64,000 nucleotides of DNA. Source: Haplodiscus bocki (Eukaryota). This document shows positions 1 through 13,299 of the stretch, piece by piece. Both the position numbers and the translations under genes were made by a program. The notes under the pieces are model-generated. The model did no database searches and had not been told where the DNA came from. It saw only the letters and a program-made list of their open reading frames with translations. Positions within the stretch are counted from its first letter, which is position 1, and each line of letters begins with the position of its first letter. The stretch spans positions 106,082,001 through 106,146,000 of the forward strand of contig OZ296649.1 of NCBI GenBank assembly GCA_965655095.1, written 5' to 3'.

Positions 1-68
1 ATCTTTAATTTCAATATTTCCACCACCTTTTAATTTATTTTTTCAATATTCAACTGGTTCGTTTAAGG

Positions 69-413
69 TTATTTTGCGGTCATTGAGGTCATTTTGAGGT
101 AATTTGAGGTCATCTTGACATCATCAAGGTTTGTGTTTGGAGTCTTTTGTTTTCTTGTGTGATTGGTGTTTGATGATGGTGGTATTCTATATTTATTTAT
201 TCCAAATTTAAGCATATTTATTCCTCTTCTATATTGTATTGTAGAAGATGATATTTTCAATTCTTTAGCTATTTCAGATTGTTTTAATTTTGGGTTGATA
301 GACTTGATTTCTACAAATTTTGCCATTTTATCCAATTTATGTTGTCTCATTATCAAATTAGCATTGAGATCACCGGTTTTTGCTATTTGATCTAAAGAAA
401 AAGTGTTATTCAA
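69..413 (-). pseudogene. Degraded helix-turn-helix protein of an AT-rich mobile element fragment
   Basis: The ORF contains an HTH-like segment, LKQSEIAKELKISSSTIQ.YRR. It lies in a very AT-rich, intronless block (1-1260) unlike the rest of the window. Confidence 0.45.
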
Positions 414-733
414 TTAGGTATTTAAAAAAAGAAATAAAAACAACGATACAATAATAACAAATAAACCTATAAGTATTTTGAAACATGTATTTTGCTTCGT
501 TGTGGTATCGACGAAACTGACATAATCTTCAAGTGATTTCATTTTGATGTTCATTTTTATAGTGGAAAATCAGAAGGATGGATCAGTTCATGACAACGAA
601 GTCATTATTGAATGTGGTAATTGTAAAATTATTCACGACAGAGATTCAACATAAATGTATTAGAGTTTATTCTTTTGGGTATTTTAATCGTCTCAAATTA
701 TTATTTTTCAATAAATGACTTCTTGGTAAATGA

Positions 734-1260
734 ATGCTGTTATGTGGTTTTGTGATAAATGTGATAAAACAATTAATATTGAAAGTAAATCAAAACATAT
801 CTATTCTAAATCTCAAAAACACAAAAAAATTTAGTGTCGTTATTAAAGAATATGAATTTATTAGACCAGACATTAATAGGACAGATTATACAATTAATTG
901 TCCTAGAGATTGTTATAACAAAAATTTTCATACGTTCAAATTTAGATGTATATATAATAATAAAACGACAAACGGTGATTTCGTCAATGGAATATTTTCT
1001 GATAGAAACTTAAAAAAATTGTTCGAGAAAATGTTTTACACATAAACAAACGAAAAAATTTTATTGAAGTCTATCAATTATAAATATATGTTATTATTAA
1101 AAATTCCAAGTACCAATAATGCATAGACAATTTTTTACAATCATTTCTCAAAATGCAGAATATGTAAAAACTAATTGTAAAGATTTATATAATCCTTTTC
1201 ATTTTGCATGTCGTGAATGGATTTTTCAAAAACAACGAAAAATTTCACGTTTAACAACTA
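734..1260 (+). pseudogene. Frameshifted zinc-finger-like ORF of the same AT-rich fragment
   Basis: An alternative frame from ~745 reads CDKCDKTINIESKSKHIYSKSQKH (CxxC...H...H), followed by KEYEFIRPDI..CYNKNFHTFKFRCIY in ORF 734..1045. Resemblance to Polinton accessory genes is inference. Confidence 0.35.
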
Positions 1261-1839
1261 TGAGAACATAATCTTTTAATTTTACAAAAACTCCACTGGC
1301 CAACATTCTAATCTACTATTTCTAGCAAATCCGAATGAGCATTCCTGGCAAAGTTCCGCATCAAATCATCTCAGCATTTTCAAGCTTTGTGATATTCAGA
1401 CAGTTCCTCCTATAGCTTCATAGCGATTGTACGACAAAGACTGGGAATACGTACTAAAGAGCGAACCCCAAACACTCCGGCAAGCCTTAACTTTTATCGA
1501 TGTCATTCTACAGTGCCAATCTGCTATAGGAGACGAAACTGAGATAGAAAAACTAGTTTATATATACATGAAATGTATTGTCAACAGAGCTAGCATGTAC
1601 ACTTTGTGTCATGTCGACATAGTGGTAGTGATATTTTCCAGTCTCGTGTATACGAATATTGTATTATGTCGACATGGCTGCAGTAGTGAATTTCTTCAAC
1701 CTCTCTTACAATGTAAAAGTGCACGTGCAACAGTTTCTCCTCAACTCTATGTTCACGTAAACGTGGAATTCTTTATACATGTTTTCATGCATTTATGTCA
1801 TATACTTATAATTTAACATAATTTTATAATTTCCCGACT

Positions 1840-2342
1840 AGTAGTGTATAAATAAGCATATGACACTAGTCGCATGGGATCGCATAGACTCAACAAGAAT
1901 TAATCATAAACAAACTTATAAAAGACAACATACACAATCATACATTATCTTATTTATTATTGTATTAATACACAAAGTTGAAATTTTGATATCATTTGAT
2001 ATTTTTTTAATTTAATTTTATGTCATTGATAAAGTATATTTTTTTTATTCATATACCAAATTCAATTTTAATTTTTTCGTTTCATATTATTGTGTATTTA
2101 TTTTTTTAATTTGTTATTTAATTCTATTGTATAATATTTTTTTGTTTTCCTTTCTTGTTGTTTAATTATATTTTGTCCTATTCTTTTTTTCATTTTTGTA
2201 ATGTAATTATATTTTATCTTATTTTTCATTTTATATGATTATACCTTGTGTATGGTGTCTTTTATAAACTTGTTTATGATTAATTCTTGTTGAGTCTGTG
2301 CGGCGCGCGCAGCTGGTGTCATATGCTTATTTATACACTACT
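1840..2342. mobile_element. Non-autonomous TIR element (MITE/foldback) with ~100-bp TIRs and AGTAGT...ACTACT ends
   Basis: AGTAGTGTATAAATAAGCATATGACAC..GACTCAACAAGAATTAATCATAAACAA..TTATAAAAGACA at 1840-1938 is the reverse complement of ~2246-2342. The spacer is T-rich and non-coding. Confidence 0.85.
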
Positions 2343-2399
2343 AACATTGCTAGCGATTGGAGCTCAGTGAAAGTTGGACGCTGTCATATCACAAACTCC

Positions 2400-5300
2400 A
2401 CAACGATGCAGTTTTGCAAAAGAAACATATCTGATCACTTTCTCTCAAAAAAAGCCGGCTGCAGACCGGAATCATCGTGATCTCTCATCTAAACTTTCCC
2501 AATACCGAAAAACTACTATGACTGCTGCCTGAAGCTGCAAATTGCGTCAAATAAGTTAGTTTTATCTGCCAGAATGTTGAATTTCCGTCCAGGATGTTAG
2601 TTTGATTTTCCTCTAAAAGTTTAGCTAGAAATGTCCCGAGTTTCTTCTGAAATTAATGTGGCAACACGATTTATATTCGTTTTTGGTGGCAGAGTACTTA
2701 TCATTCAATTTTCATTGAATATCAACCGCAGAGGTATTCAGCAAAAACCTTGCAGACTCTTCTCGTAAGTGCATTAAATGAATTTTCCGCAGATTTTGTC
2801 ATGCGGGATTTCAGCACTCGAATCGATAAAGGATCAAAAGTGTGACTATTGCAGCTGATGGTTAGGGAAGATTTTCAATTGCTCAAACAAGAACTGGTGA
2901 CCGCAATACAGAATGCACTACTTCACTTGTGTTTTGCGAGGCAACAGAAAAATTGTATTGTACAACGTCTTCAAAAGTCCAGTTGGTTCTCACTGACAAA
3001 CTTTTATCCGATTGCCCCCCGGATTTCATGACATTGGAGCCATTCGGGCTGCCATGTCCCGAATACAAAAGGAACTAAGTGCATCAAAGTTGCTATTTAA
3101 TACCTGAAGTGCCTGAAATTACACTTTTATAGCTCTCTTGTTTTGTGTCTTAATCTTAGTTCTTTCGCCAATTTGCTTACCGCAGCTCCTTCTCATTCAA
3201 ATATAATGGTTTGACTGATGTTTTTTGAGCTTTCCTCTGTCCTTTCGCAAGATGAAACAGAAAATATTATACGAAAAAACCTTCCAGTTTTCTCCCAACT
3301 CAAATAGAAATGTTTCCGGGCTAACATATCCGAATAATTATTGAGCTCAACGCCTTGTTGTTCAACTGACACGAGTGTAATTGATTGATGAGATTATCCG
3401 GCTTCATTCGGTAATCTTTGAGTTTTGTGCTCTTTGGATTCTCATTCTGCAGGCAGAGGACAAAATTTTGCAGAAGTTTCGGACAATTTTTAGGTAGGTC
3501 AAAAAAATCAAAACTCTTGTTTAGCATAATCAGGAATAAATTTTTTGAAATCTTCATGTTAACATTTTCCATTTGCTAGTCAATTGTAACAATTCTCGCA
3601 GAACCAGAGTTTCTTTTTAGTTACTATTTTTATTTCTTGTCATTTTTCAGTGAGGCTCTTCTGACGCAGACAGGTATCAGCCGCCATGATTAACCGTTAT
3701 TGAGAAAGTATCTGACGATAGGCTGCATTCGTTTCAGGTAGTTTTTTTTACAATCCTAGATTCGGTCTGAACTTTTTATCTAAGTAATTAAATTTACCTA
3801 TAGTCGGTTGATTGCTCTTTACGTCAATCAATTTTCAAGATTATCATTTATCTCAGTTGTTGAGGCTTTATCGCAATATTTCGATTTCACAATTGTTTCC
3901 CAAGAAAGGTAACTTCCTTGTTACTAATTGCTCTCCGTGATGTGAAAGTTGTTCGTTATATTATGAGTGTTTTAACTGTAATACATTCCGTTCCTTCACT
4001 CTTGTTGAAACAAATTTATTTCAAAACACTTTTTTACAGAAATTAGTCGACCCAACTTCAATTACTTTGTTTAGCGTCATGAATTATGCAATGAAACTGA
4101 CAAAACAACCAACCGCTGCCCTAAAAAAAAGTTGAAACAGCACTGTGCTCTGTACAAATCAGTGGAAAGGGGAAAGCAGTGTCCCCACTGATGAAGTCAA
4201 AGAAATCTGAAACCGTGTACAACTTAATCAAATAGCATTGCGCTTCACAATCGAATTCTGATGAATGCAGTGTGCCAGGGGAAGTTGGAAAAAAAGCGGG
4301 ATACGCCGCACGCAAGAGTCTTAGAGGTATGAAAAGATTGGAGATGTTTTTAACAGTAAACTTTGCCAAACATTGCACAACCTGCTTGTGCACATACTTC
4401 TCAGTTCGTGTTCCTCCACACTGACGTTTCTGTTACCTGATACGAATGGATCATTTTCTGATTGATAACCATGAATGTTTTGATGAAATTTCTCAATTTA
4501 TTCAGGATCATTTCATGTTTACTTTATCCTTGACGAGATGGATCAACATTTGCCGTGGATGTAAACTTTAGATATTCGTTCTATATTTCTTCATTTTTCA
4601 GGTAAGCGTTCACGTTTACATGCGATGGATAAACTAAATTTTTCTATTTTTTCAGCAAACGAACGACATAATTGAAATTGACGTGGTACCTTCCTCTTCC
4701 AGGGCATTGGAATCCACCAATGTTTGCGCAAAAGGTCACATTTTCTTTCTGAAACAGAGCCTTTTACATGCGCATTTCAAGAAAACCTGCACAACAACTC
4801 TCGAACAATTTCAGCCAAAACCCTCAACCACCTAATGTTTCGTCGAGACAATTATTCTTACAAATTATTGCTCGACATTTTTCAGTTCTGTAACGATCAC
4901 CTAAAGTGTCACTAGGTTTTTTGTAAAACTGCACCACTTTATCAGCAAATGACACTTCATGATAAAAATGCTGCAACCTCAAGAGCCTTGAAGGCTTTCG
5001 GGGTAAGTCACTGTTCCTCCGATCGAAATCATCCCTTCTAAGTTTGCAGAAGTTGACTGAAAAAACGCTCTATTAAGCTAGCTTCAAAATTGTATCTTTT
5101 ATTACGATGTGTACAGTCTTCCAGTTTCAATTTTACTTTAGGGAGAGTTGGAGTTTCAAGATCATTTTCAAGCGGCAGAGCATTCGTTTTCCCTCTGGTT
5201 GTAATGTTTGCAGCTTTAGAGATTCCAGGTTTTAGTGTAGGGACAACAGAAATGGTCACTTATCACAAGCGAACCGATAAAATTACTCTGCTACCCCAGG

Positions 5301-5700
5301 AAAAAAAGGTGATGAAACGTCTTTGGGAAGTTTGTTCACGTTCTTCTTTCATTAGTCATGGCTCGCTTCTTATTTTACGTTCTAAATTTTCAATGGACTC
5401 GAGCTTCCGGTTTTTGCGAGGTGGAAAAATCATAGGAAGTATCTATTCATATTTTCATTTTTTCTCATATGTTGCCTGCAGTCTCGAGAGTAGAAGCTCA
5501 TTTTGTCGTGTCTGCTTCCGGCGGACAAAGACCCAGAAGCGACAATGTTTATCACGTTCATACAATCGACGATCCTGTTGCTGACATCTTTTTTCTATTC
5601 CATCAGGTTAGTTGACTTTTGGATATCATCATCCGATGATTCTTGTTGGATATATTTCATTATTCAGGATAATTGTTTCTGCAGTACTTCTTGGTAAATT
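2400..5700 (-). mobile_element. Highly decayed Gypsy-like pol remnant
   Basis: Only scattered minus-strand fragments resembling RNase H/integrase-adjacent regions (e.g. WVD at ~4050, TVNHG at ~3690). No intact ORF; boundaries approximate. Confidence 0.3.
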
Positions 5701-5744
5701 TTACTGTATTTGTCTTTTCAAAATTAGTTTCACCTTGATTTTTG

Positions 5745-5940
5745 GAAAAAGATTTGTTCCATTCTAATACAAAAAGTAAAAATACCTTCTTTCAAAATTC
5801 GATTCCGTTTATCGAGAGTTGAAAATAATAACGCTCAAGTTGAGTTCAAACAAATAACACAAACAACAATTTATCAAGGGTGACAACAAAAATTCATAGG
5901 TTTTCCGGTTGGTCAGATGTGTAACGGTTACATAACCTGA
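5745..5940. repeat. Degenerate LTR (3' LTR of the minus-strand element)
   Basis: ATAACACAAACAACAATTTATCAA..CAACAAAAATTCATAGG..TCAGATGTGTAACG (5854-5927) matches 9181-9256 (offset ~3.33 kb). Ends approximate. Confidence 0.55.
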
Positions 5941-8900
5941 GAGCCCATGAAGCATTCTCATTATTCCAGCCTTCAGGTTCTACTCATCGCCTTTCGGGTT
6001 GTATTCCGAATTTTCTTCGTCCAACGTTACTTTTCTCGATTGTAGTGGATCCAAGCAGGTCAGATTTATGAATAGTTAAATTCATAAACAAGTGTATTTT
6101 GAAAGTATGGTACGCTAATCAAGTGTTCCGGTGATCCAAAGTTTCTATTGGATCTCCGTACCTTATGACTTTCATTTAATTTACTGCTCCTCTCCACAAA
6201 CTCACCATTGCTGTTAATTTCTTGATCGTCAGACTTGTTCAGTAGCAAAGCTAAGGCCGGAGTTTTCCCATCTACTTTCAACTCCTTGCCGACATCAACG
6301 AGGATCAGTTTGTCATGCGACTTCTTGTAGCAGTCGAATTGAGTAACTAAGGCATCTGAATCGCCTTTCCGCATTCTCGGTGGGAAGTCCTCAATGATCC
6401 CTGACTTCATCTTCCATTTAACTCCACATACGCTCACATTTTGCCCTGCCTCCTCTCGACTTGAAATTTTTTGGGATGATTGTTATTTAAGTGACTTCTG
6501 AAAGTTGACCGTTGTTGATAATAAGTTCCAGGGTAAATTTTTTTCAACTGCAGCACGGGCAGTAAGTTCGTTTGCGACTATAGCTAATTTGGGCTCGTCT
6601 GTTTACTCCCACTCTAGCGGTTTTTCCTGACTTCTTTTTGAACAAATTATCTGAGTAATTTAAATTTTCACCAAGAGGCCTTATCGGCTTTTCCATCGTT
6701 GGCCTTTGCGCTCAAACAATGGGCAATTTCTTTTTACAGCCGTGACAATATGAACCATGACTTGTTTTTCATTACTAACCACCTATGTTGGTAATTATTT
6801 CGGTGCTACTGAAATTTTCAATTTCGTCCAATCAGATGAATAGCTTTTGTTATCTTTAATCAGATTGATAAACTGTTTTCTGCCAGTATGTAACTCAAAT
6901 GGTATCATTTTCAATCACGTGTGTACGGCAGAGCGAAATACTATCAACTCTAGATTTACGCTATTGCTTGAACCAATTTTGCCCTCCAAATTCGCTACTA
7001 TCAAATTTTTTAAACTGTGTCGCGACTTGAAGCACTTGCTCCAGTGTGATCGTGATGCACTTTAGGCAACTTCATTTCTACTTTGGCAAAATTTTCTATA
7101 TGCCTGGGATATCTTTGTATATTGACATAGCTCTCGAAATTTGATCAACTTTCTTGAATATGATGGTTCGAATATCGGAACCACAGGCCAATTGCTATAA
7201 ACATCTTTTACAATCAGGCCACAAAAATCACCGGCGACATTTCGAGTTATTTTTCAAGAAAATCAACCTTTAGCTTTTGTTCCAGTTCGCTTAGTCTCGA
7301 GAGTTTATTTTTTTGGTTAACGGTAATTGATACTTTAAATTTTTAAACAAAATCAAACGGGCTGCACAGAAAGTACATTTGTTTCGAAGTTCTTTCCCCG
7401 ATCCGGACCACAAGATTCAGCTACACTCCGGACACATTTGATAGAGACGGAATGACCAAAGTGTACTCTGTCCACAACCTGTTTTTATTCACTTTGGGTA
7501 TGAGAGTTCCGTCGCCGGCAAATATCAAAAAGGTCCGTTTGGATTACTTGTGTGAACTGGAGTAAATTCATCGGATGCACGATCGTTTTGGTTATTTCCA
7601 ATGCCAATTTTTCATCGGTGCACTTTCGGATCGACTCAAGGCTTTTGAACCAAAATTTTCAGGAACACCATGAAGTTGAACTCTGCCCTCTTCAAGTTGT
7701 CCTCCACAACTGCCTTTCTCACCTTCGGTTGCTCGGCAGTGTCGTAGTCTTCCGAATCAACGATTGGAACGTTTCTGGTGGCACGTACAACATCGCTCTC
7801 AACATCCGATGCCATCAATCAGTTTCTTCACTTTTGGTTACAGTGAGTTTATGTTTCTTCGCTGAGCTCGAAGTACACACCGCCTATATGACCGACTGCT
7901 GATTTCTAAAGAGGAGTTCTTTAGATTTAAAATGAAAGCACCCCGGGCTTTGTGATTGAAGCACTGTTTTCCAACAACCGACGACTTTTTTTCCGCTTAT
8001 TATCTGCATTATCTTTTGGTAGCTTCTCAGTGATGACACGCGTAGTTATAATTCTTCCCAATTTCTGCATTGGTAAAACTGAAATCCTTGAAAATCAGAA
8101 CAAAACTGAAATCAGAGGCAATCAAATTGATTTCTTGAGTTCGCTCCCGTATGAAAGTCTTGTTTAACATTCTTAATATGATTTCCTCGGTCAAGTAATT
8201 CCCTTGGTCAGTTTTTGGATCGTGCTTAAAGTGATGTCAGTTGATTGGTCGGTCCGTCGAAACATCAGTTTTCCGTCTATCATCCGTCCCCATTTGTAGT
8301 TAGGCTTGAAAAGTTCCGAGAGATTACGAAAAACAATTTCTTCTGCGTGGAATTGTTCGGTCGATGCTTTCTCCACTGGGTGCTGCTAAAATAGTGCCGG
8401 AAATTAGGATTACTTCGGGCAGTGTGCTGTATAGATCAAATAAAAAATAAAAGTCTGTCTCGCCATCGTGTTTGTCGGGCACTATACTGTCGGCATGTTC
8501 AGTTACAAATCACTGGCGGTTCCAATGCCTGAAGGTCGGTGTTTAGAATTAATTTCCCAGAGGTGAAAACAAATATTTTCTAATCTTCAGCGCTGAACGT
8601 GAGAAAATCACTCTCTTGTTTCAGTTTAATCAGTTTCCCCCTATTGGTCTTCCAGTGTTTCCGTATCGGATTGTTTTGCCCAGAAAGAATTTCGTCTTTT
8701 TCCTGTAGGTAGTATCTGTTGTATAGTTTTAGTAATTTTTCAATTTTGATTTCGTCCCGTTCTGATCGGTATTCGGATCTTGTTCTTCGGTGTGCTGCTT
8801 CGGGTCGCAGCACACAGAAAAAGTCTTAATGTATCTTGACTCCGTTTCGATTATTGCTTCCTCAATGCTTCAATACCTGTGTGATTTTTTCTCTGTGTGT

Positions 8901-9071
8901 GCTGTTTGAACCTCTCTAGCCATTGTCGGTAGTTGTAGATTTTTTCTTGTTTAGGCCATTTTCGTCAAGGCACGGTATTTAGATTTCACTTCGGTCAAAC
9001 TTCGTCCTCATTTATCGGTGCATTTATTGAAAAAATTCCTCGGATGCAATTACCGGGAAAATCATGCCGAT

Positions 9072-9290
9072 TGTGACATGATCTTCTCTAATATTAGAGG
9101 TAAAAACAATTTGTCAGAGAGTTATCGGTCTACTTCTACCGATAGTTAAATCCGATTATGATCAACTTCGTTTGAAACGCATAACACAAACCACAGCTTA
9201 TCAATATATAACAACAAGAATCTATAGGTGCATTTTCCTTGATCAGATATGTAACGCTCATTTAACTGGATAAACGGATCAACAATTTAA
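9072..9290. repeat. Degenerate LTR (5' LTR)
   Basis: ATAACACAAACCACAGCTTATCAA..CAACAAGAATCTATAGG..TCAGATATGTAACG. Begins TGTGAC at 9072. Ends approximate. Confidence 0.55.
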
Positions 9291-12200
9291 CAGTAAAATA
9301 TTCAAGTTCTAGGAATTTCTTTTCCTTATCCATCCGGAAAAAAACTGCGGAACAGGTTGAGTAATGCTCGTTGCCAACAACCGAATTTAGAATTTGAGAC
9401 TCCAAATTCACGCATTTTTGTTCTCAGTAATGCATTTCAATACTTGTATTTCAATGTTTAATTGAGAGCAAAACTTTAACTTACCAAATATAGGATTTTT
9501 TGCTACTTCATGCTGTTCTGACCAACGCAACACCAAAAGCAATTGCTTTCAGCGAGCTTTTAACTCTCGTACTTAATCAATCAATCACTCACTTATTCAC
9601 ACTGAACCATTCAAACTCATATACGCACACACTCAAGAACACACAGAAATTACGCACACACAAAAAAACAAAAAACAAACAAACGGTCGAAGAAACAAAC
9701 GAACAAAAGCACACATTCACAAACACTATAACTGGGCAATAAGCGTTATTTCAGTGGTTAGCCGTTAAAAATGAAATCGATACTAGCGAAGAAATTGTTT
9801 TCCATCAGCTATGCAATACACTGGTGAGTTCCTGTTCTCTACAAGTGAAGAAAACGACTGAAATAACAAGAAAAAGGGAGCATGGTAAGATGCCGTTGTC
9901 TCACTTTCTTTAAAAAATTTGAGTTCTTTTCATTGGGCGCATGAATCGAGCGAGTCAAACTAAGTGATTTTGTTTTGTCTTTTATCAACTCCTGTGATTT
10001 GGCAAATCTGTTTGGTTCAGCGGATAGTTGTGCGTTACTATCAACAGACACGAAGAGAACTGCAGAGTTCGCGAATGAGAGATCTCACAACGTCCCAGCA
10101 CTTCGCACAGCCACATGGTCCGGTTTCTGCTATATCATATCGTACGGAACTGAAACTCTGTACTCGAGCAGATATACAAGCTTTGTTTTTTCCTCTATCA
10201 ACGAAGTATCCAAAACGATCAAAACAGCATGAAATCAAAGCTTACGGAAAAATCAGATCAGAAACTTGGTGGTGTTGCAAGTTGGAGGTGAAAAGTGAGA
10301 ACAGCGGTCAAAGTGAATCTATGCAGATATTCAAACGCCAGCCATCAAAAAAATGACAATCTGAAAAAGCGAGCTGCCTAGAAATCAGTTGTTGGGAAAA
10401 AAACAAAAAAACGCAGGAGTAAAATTGCCAAAATTGTGATTGAGTTCTACTTTCCTGCATTCACAAAGCGCAAAGGGACTGCTAGCAGCAGTTATTGAAG
10501 TCCCAGAGAGAAGTTATACAGGGAAGTACCAATCTCTCGCTCCCACTTTGAATTTATTTTTTGAACAATTCAATTAAGTTTGTATGTTATAATTCTATTT
10601 TTTTTCATCTAGGTTTCTTTTAGCTTTGTTTTGTTGTAATCTTAGGCAAATCAATGATATCGAAAGCCGTAGTTATTCAGTTTAGCCATCCTCCAGTATA
10701 AACAACATAACTGTTCAGTAATTCTCTTTATAAGCCAGCAATGTGTGTAAGCATTAGTCCGCCTAAACTTCGCTGTTGTAAAAAATGACACGCGATGGTA
10801 ACTTCTAGCAATAATTTTCAATGACTGTTTCTCTGTGATTTCAGTATTTTGGTTCCATACTTCATATATGGAGGGGGAACCTTTTATTCAAACTTGTTCA
10901 TGAAATATGTCAATTCTACGTCCACTTCCACTCTGATGGGTCGAGAGAAAAATGAAGGAGTATTTCAATCACTAATAATGGAGTTATCCCAGCTGTCAAA
11001 TCGACGCCTGGCGATTGCTTAGAAATTTTGGAATGGTGTATATAAACGCCAGTAGGAAATCAAAAGGTTGAGAGGCCGAGCCTCAGAAGGAACTACAAAT
11101 TTCGATACATTGCAAAACATGAAAAAAGTCACATGGTTCGTCCGGTGTCTTGTTAATTACTCAGCTTGTTCATCTGAAGTCAAAAACGCTAAAAGAATAG
11201 TTCTTTGACACTTTTTGGAACGATACTTTGCAAATGCATGCGAGGCAAGGATTCGACATTTGTCTGAAAAATATTTCAATGCGCAGCAAAGCTGCATGGG
11301 ATCACAGGTACAGGAGGAACCATATGGACCATCATAGTAGCGTTGAGGGCGTTCAAAGCAACAAAATTTCGGTGATTTTTTCTCTTAATTCCACGTCAGT
11401 ATACCTGAATAAACCCCGGCACTTTTCGATTCTTCGACACCCGTTGTCCTCCAGTTGTTTTCCAGCAAGCTCAGCACGTCGAAGTGGACTGGTTTGCGAT
11501 GGTCCTTGGGTGCGGACCCATGGCCATTTTAGTCTAAAGATCTATATAGTGTATGAAGCCTACATATTGTCGCAGAAGTTGCAGTGCAAAGTTATACAGT
11601 AGTTTGTTTCAACAAAAGAAGTTTATAACAGTCGTAGTTAATGAAGTTTTACACAGAATAAGTTGTAAGATATTTTTGTACGTAATTTTAGTGTTAGTAT
11701 TATGTATATTAAAAAGTTGTATATAGGCAATCAAAGAAAGGTCTAGAAGGTTTTGAAGTTTCTCCACTAAAATTTCAGGACTACCCATTATGCACGGATG
11801 TTATCATAGCCAGTTTCTTTCACAAAGGAAGCCAAGACATCGAAATCGGTATTATGTCTGCATGAAGCTGTCGAGAAGTACTTGGGCAAAAGGACGAAGA
11901 ATGAAACGCTCATGCAAAATGGAATGAAGCAAAAGAAAGTCACAAAACTCTGCCAATCTTTCAGCTTGAGAGAAGGAAAGCTGATCTACAAGGGTAGATC
12001 AAACGAGGTAAATTTTCCCTACCCCTCAAGCCGACGAGCGCTTGCATGATTGACATCTCACCGTTTTCGGGAAACATCTGACGGACTAGAAGACCATGTT
12101 GAAGGCGTTCTCAATTGCCGGATATGCTCAACCTCAAATCTCGGAGGCATGAGGCATTACAAGAGAGTGAAAAAAGAGGAAATCAATATTGTTGGGGAAA

Positions 12201-13299
12201 CGACGAAAAAAGCGGTCTGAAAGAATATGTCAAACAGAAGGTATCTAAGGATCTGTCGACCTTGTTTATTCATGGGCGTTACAAAGTGAACTGAACGGTA
12301 GAACACATCATCCCTCGCAATTGAAATGACCTTTGTGCCGGGCTCGGATAAACTTGTCACTAGGAAGCAGCAGTGAAGTCCTGGAAGGGAGAAATGGTTA
12401 TGGAATCAGACAGCCAAAGACAAAAGAATACGTGGAAAAGATGGGGGGAGGTTTATGTTTCGCATTATAGTACTTATTACTGGGAAGTCAATCCGGTTAG
12501 TGGAGGATTCCAACATGATATACGAGACAAAGAGGTAAAAGAAAATTCGGAAAAAAAGAGGCGGGAATGAATATTTGAAAGATTTCAGATCGTCGTAGCA
12601 GAAGGGAACCGCTGAAATGCAAATCCAAACGCGTGACAGCCATGAAAAAAGTCAAAGACATTGACTTTACCAAGTAAAGCAAAGATACACTGGGAACTTG
12701 CATGACTGATCACATGACACACGAGTGCGCCGAGGCAACAATGGTTATAGCAGAATATGTGTCGAGGAAAACCACATTCAAGTAAGAAAAACACTCTGGG
12801 GAAAAAGGAAGCAAAACCAAAAAGGGAAACAACTTGGAATGTTGGCAACAGCGAGACTGTTAAAATTAGTTATCGTTGTGTGCTGGAAAGGATGGAAGGC
12901 GGACGGTAGGTGATTATGACCATATGGAACAAAGGCACTACATGGGTCGGCGGAGCATTTCTACTGCAAACTGTTCAGAGAGGAAGGGGTCATTACAGTG
13001 CATTCCATTGTGAGCCGTTTTGGGACTTTCCGAAAACATTAAAAAACATGAAAAAATGAGTGATAACAACAAGAGAAACGGAAAGAATTATTTAAAATTA
13101 TGTCTTTTTCAACAGACCAAGGCCAGTAATACGGTTCAGAGAGATGCCCGAAGATACAAACGAGGGATAAGGATTTGAAAATCGATAAAAACCAGAATGA
13201 AAGCATTCCAATCAGAAAAACAATGTGCGAGGGTGGTTGTGGAAAAAAGGCGTAGCTAAAGTCACCGCTGGGGGTTTACAGGGGTTAGGTAGACTACAA

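Larger units (their letters stand above)
5745..9290 (-). mobile_element. Internally deleted, decayed Gypsy LTR retrotransposon
   Basis: Gag-like DEIKIEKLLKLYNRYYL (8580..8813). Integrase C-terminal-like IVANLEGKIG..VHT*LKMIPFELHTGRK (~6870-7010). Tail KVRRSNRNFGSPEHLISVPY (6066..6437). Flanked by diverged direct repeats. Confidence 0.65.

Noticed and set aside
1839-2343. CACTA transposon
   Set aside because: CACTA/TAGTG occur in the wrong orientation (TAGTG on the left, CACTA on the right).
11560-12030. 3' LTR and polypurine tract of the large Gypsy element
   Set aside because: A PPT-like run exists at ~12017-12030, but I could not find a matching second LTR, so the boundaries are unsupported.
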